Assembly: GCA_041748975.1 (NCBI GenBank)
Contig: JBGTCF010000146.1
Coordinates: 1-59,770, forward strand
Origin: Pyrinomonadaceae bacterium
Lineage (GTDB): Bacteria; Acidobacteriota; Blastocatellia; Pyrinomonadales; Pyrinomonadaceae
Direction: 5' to 3'
DNA length: 59,770 nucleotides
Both the position numbers and the translations under genes were made by a program. Positions 59,014-59,770 of the stretch are shown piece by piece. Numbering within the stretch: the stretch's first letter is position 1; every line of letters begins with the position of its first letter. Under the pieces are notes generated by a model that saw only the letters and a program-made list of their open reading frames with translations, was not told where the DNA came from and made no database searches.

Positions 59014-59547
59014 ATGACAAATAGCCAGACCGAGAACGCAGAAATACTGCCTCTCAAAATGTTTGCTAAGTTAGAAGACGCAATCGCGATCGCCGCCCAG
59101 GCTCACAAAGGCCAAGTCGACAAAGCCGGCGGCGAGTACATAATGCACCCTCTCAGGATGATGATGCGAATGGAAACTGAAGATTCAAAGATCGCAGCCG
59201 TCCTTCACGATGTTGTCGAGGATAGCAAACCTGAAGACAAATGGACCATCGGACGTCTCGCCGGTGTGGGATTCTCAAATGAGGTTCTTGAGGCAGTTGC
59301 GTGTCTGACAAAAGCCGACGGTGAGCCCTACGAAGATTTTATCGACCGGGCTGCATCCAATCCGATCGCACTGCAGGTAAAGATCGCCGATCTCGAAGAC
59401 AACATGAACCTGCTAAGGCTCAATCATATTCGTCCAAAGGATCTTGAGCGGCTCGAAAAGTATCATCGGTCGTGGAAAACCCTCAAACAGCTTTCGGATA
59501 AGATCATACCCGAGAAAAGAAGCGGTGATCTAAACAAATATGCATAG
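59014..59547 (+). CDS. Stand-alone HD-domain protein of the RelA/SpoT hydrolase type (small alarmone hydrolase-like)
   Basis: AHKGQVDKAGGEYIMHPLRM and AAVLHDVVEDS motifs. AAGGAGG RBS 12 nt before the ATG at 59014; the ORF track begins at a TTG at 58972. Confidence 0.7.
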   Translation: MTNSQTENAEILPLKMFAKLEDAIAIAAQAHKGQVDKAGGEYIMHPLRMMMRMETEDSKIAAVLHDVVEDSKPEDKWTIGRLAGVGFSNEVLEAVACLTKADGEPYEDFIDRAASNPIALQVKIADLEDNMNLLRLNHIRPKDLERLEKYHRSWKTLKQLSDKIIPEKRSGDLNKYA

Positions 59548-59602
59548 CATGAAAATAGTCTATGTAGATATGGATAACCCCTCAAAAGCCCGGGGATTTA
59601 AA

Positions 59603-59627
59603 ATTTGGCGCACACCTGGCGCACTTA
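59603..59627 (+). promoter_or_regulatory. ATTTGGCGCAC-AC-CTGGCGCACTTA motif just inside the right island end
   Basis: 23 of 25 identical to 7608..7632, same orientation; 39 bp from the repeat core. Confidence 0.6.
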
Positions 59628-59655
59628 AAAGAAAAAGGCACCCAGATAGGATGCC
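59627..59655 (-). terminator. Rho-independent terminator of tRNA-Lys
   Basis: On the minus strand: GGCATCC-TATCT-GGGTGCC followed by TTTTTCTTTT. Confidence 0.7.
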
Positions 59656-59717
59656 TTAACTGTTGTAAAGATTGGTGATCCGAGCAGGACTCGAACCTGC
59701 GACCCAGTGGTTAAAAG
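59637..59717 (-). other. att-type direct repeat, tRNA-proximal copy
   Basis: 59666..59717 is identical to 7454..7505; 59637..59665 is homologous to 7423..7453. Confidence 0.9.
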
Positions 59718-59748
59718 CCACTTGCTCTACCGACTGAGCTATCGGACC
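59673..59748 (-). tRNA. tRNA-Lys (anticodon UUU), 76 nt with encoded CCA
   Basis: Folded by hand. Acceptor GGTCCGA/TCGGATC (one G-U), D arm GCTC/GAGC, anticodon arm AGTGG-CTTTTAA-CCACT, T arm GCAGG-TTCGAGT-CCTGC, discriminator A, CCA. Confidence 0.95.
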
Positions 59749-59770
59749 ACAAGCGATAATCTTACAATGC

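Overview
All calls come from reading the sequence and the ORF translations. No searches were run, so family names are motif-level recognitions. Gene content (VWFA-related protein, CarboxypepD_reg-type TonB-dependent receptor, DUF5916/CBM9-like protein, giant beta-helix/Ig surface protein) suggests an Acidobacteriota-like chromosome; this is inference.

The dominant structure is a tRNA-Lys(UUU) gene (59673..59748, minus). Its 3' 45 nt plus 7 downstream nt are repeated perfectly at 7454..7505, with looser homology over 7423..7505 and 59637..59717. About 52 kb is therefore bracketed like an integrated island, and it looks composite.

- Left of the island: a Type III R-M system (mod 4403..6703, res 905..3583) split by a REP-associated tyrosine transposase with three ~88-bp REP-like units. 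Next to it is a VOC-family gene flanked by 41-bp direct repeats.
- Island, left ~33 kb: secreted and envelope cargo. This includes two paralogous dioxygenase-like/Trx-like genes, a DUF5916-like protein, a TonB-dependent receptor, hydrolases, a LytS/LytTR pair and a 3018-aa mosaic surface protein.
- Island, right ~19 kb: a phage/satellite-like module (TerS-like, TerL, integrase, excisionase, primase-helicase) with no capsid, portal, tail or lysis genes.
- Between that module and the tRNA: a defence cargo block. It holds a Type I R-M operon (hsdM, hsdS, hsdR) with a HigB/HigA/SecB-like toxin-antitoxin-chaperone (TAC) cassette inserted between hsdS and hsdR, then a stand-alone (p)ppGpp-hydrolase-like HD protein beside the tRNA.

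No CRISPR array, rRNA or reverse transcriptase was seen.
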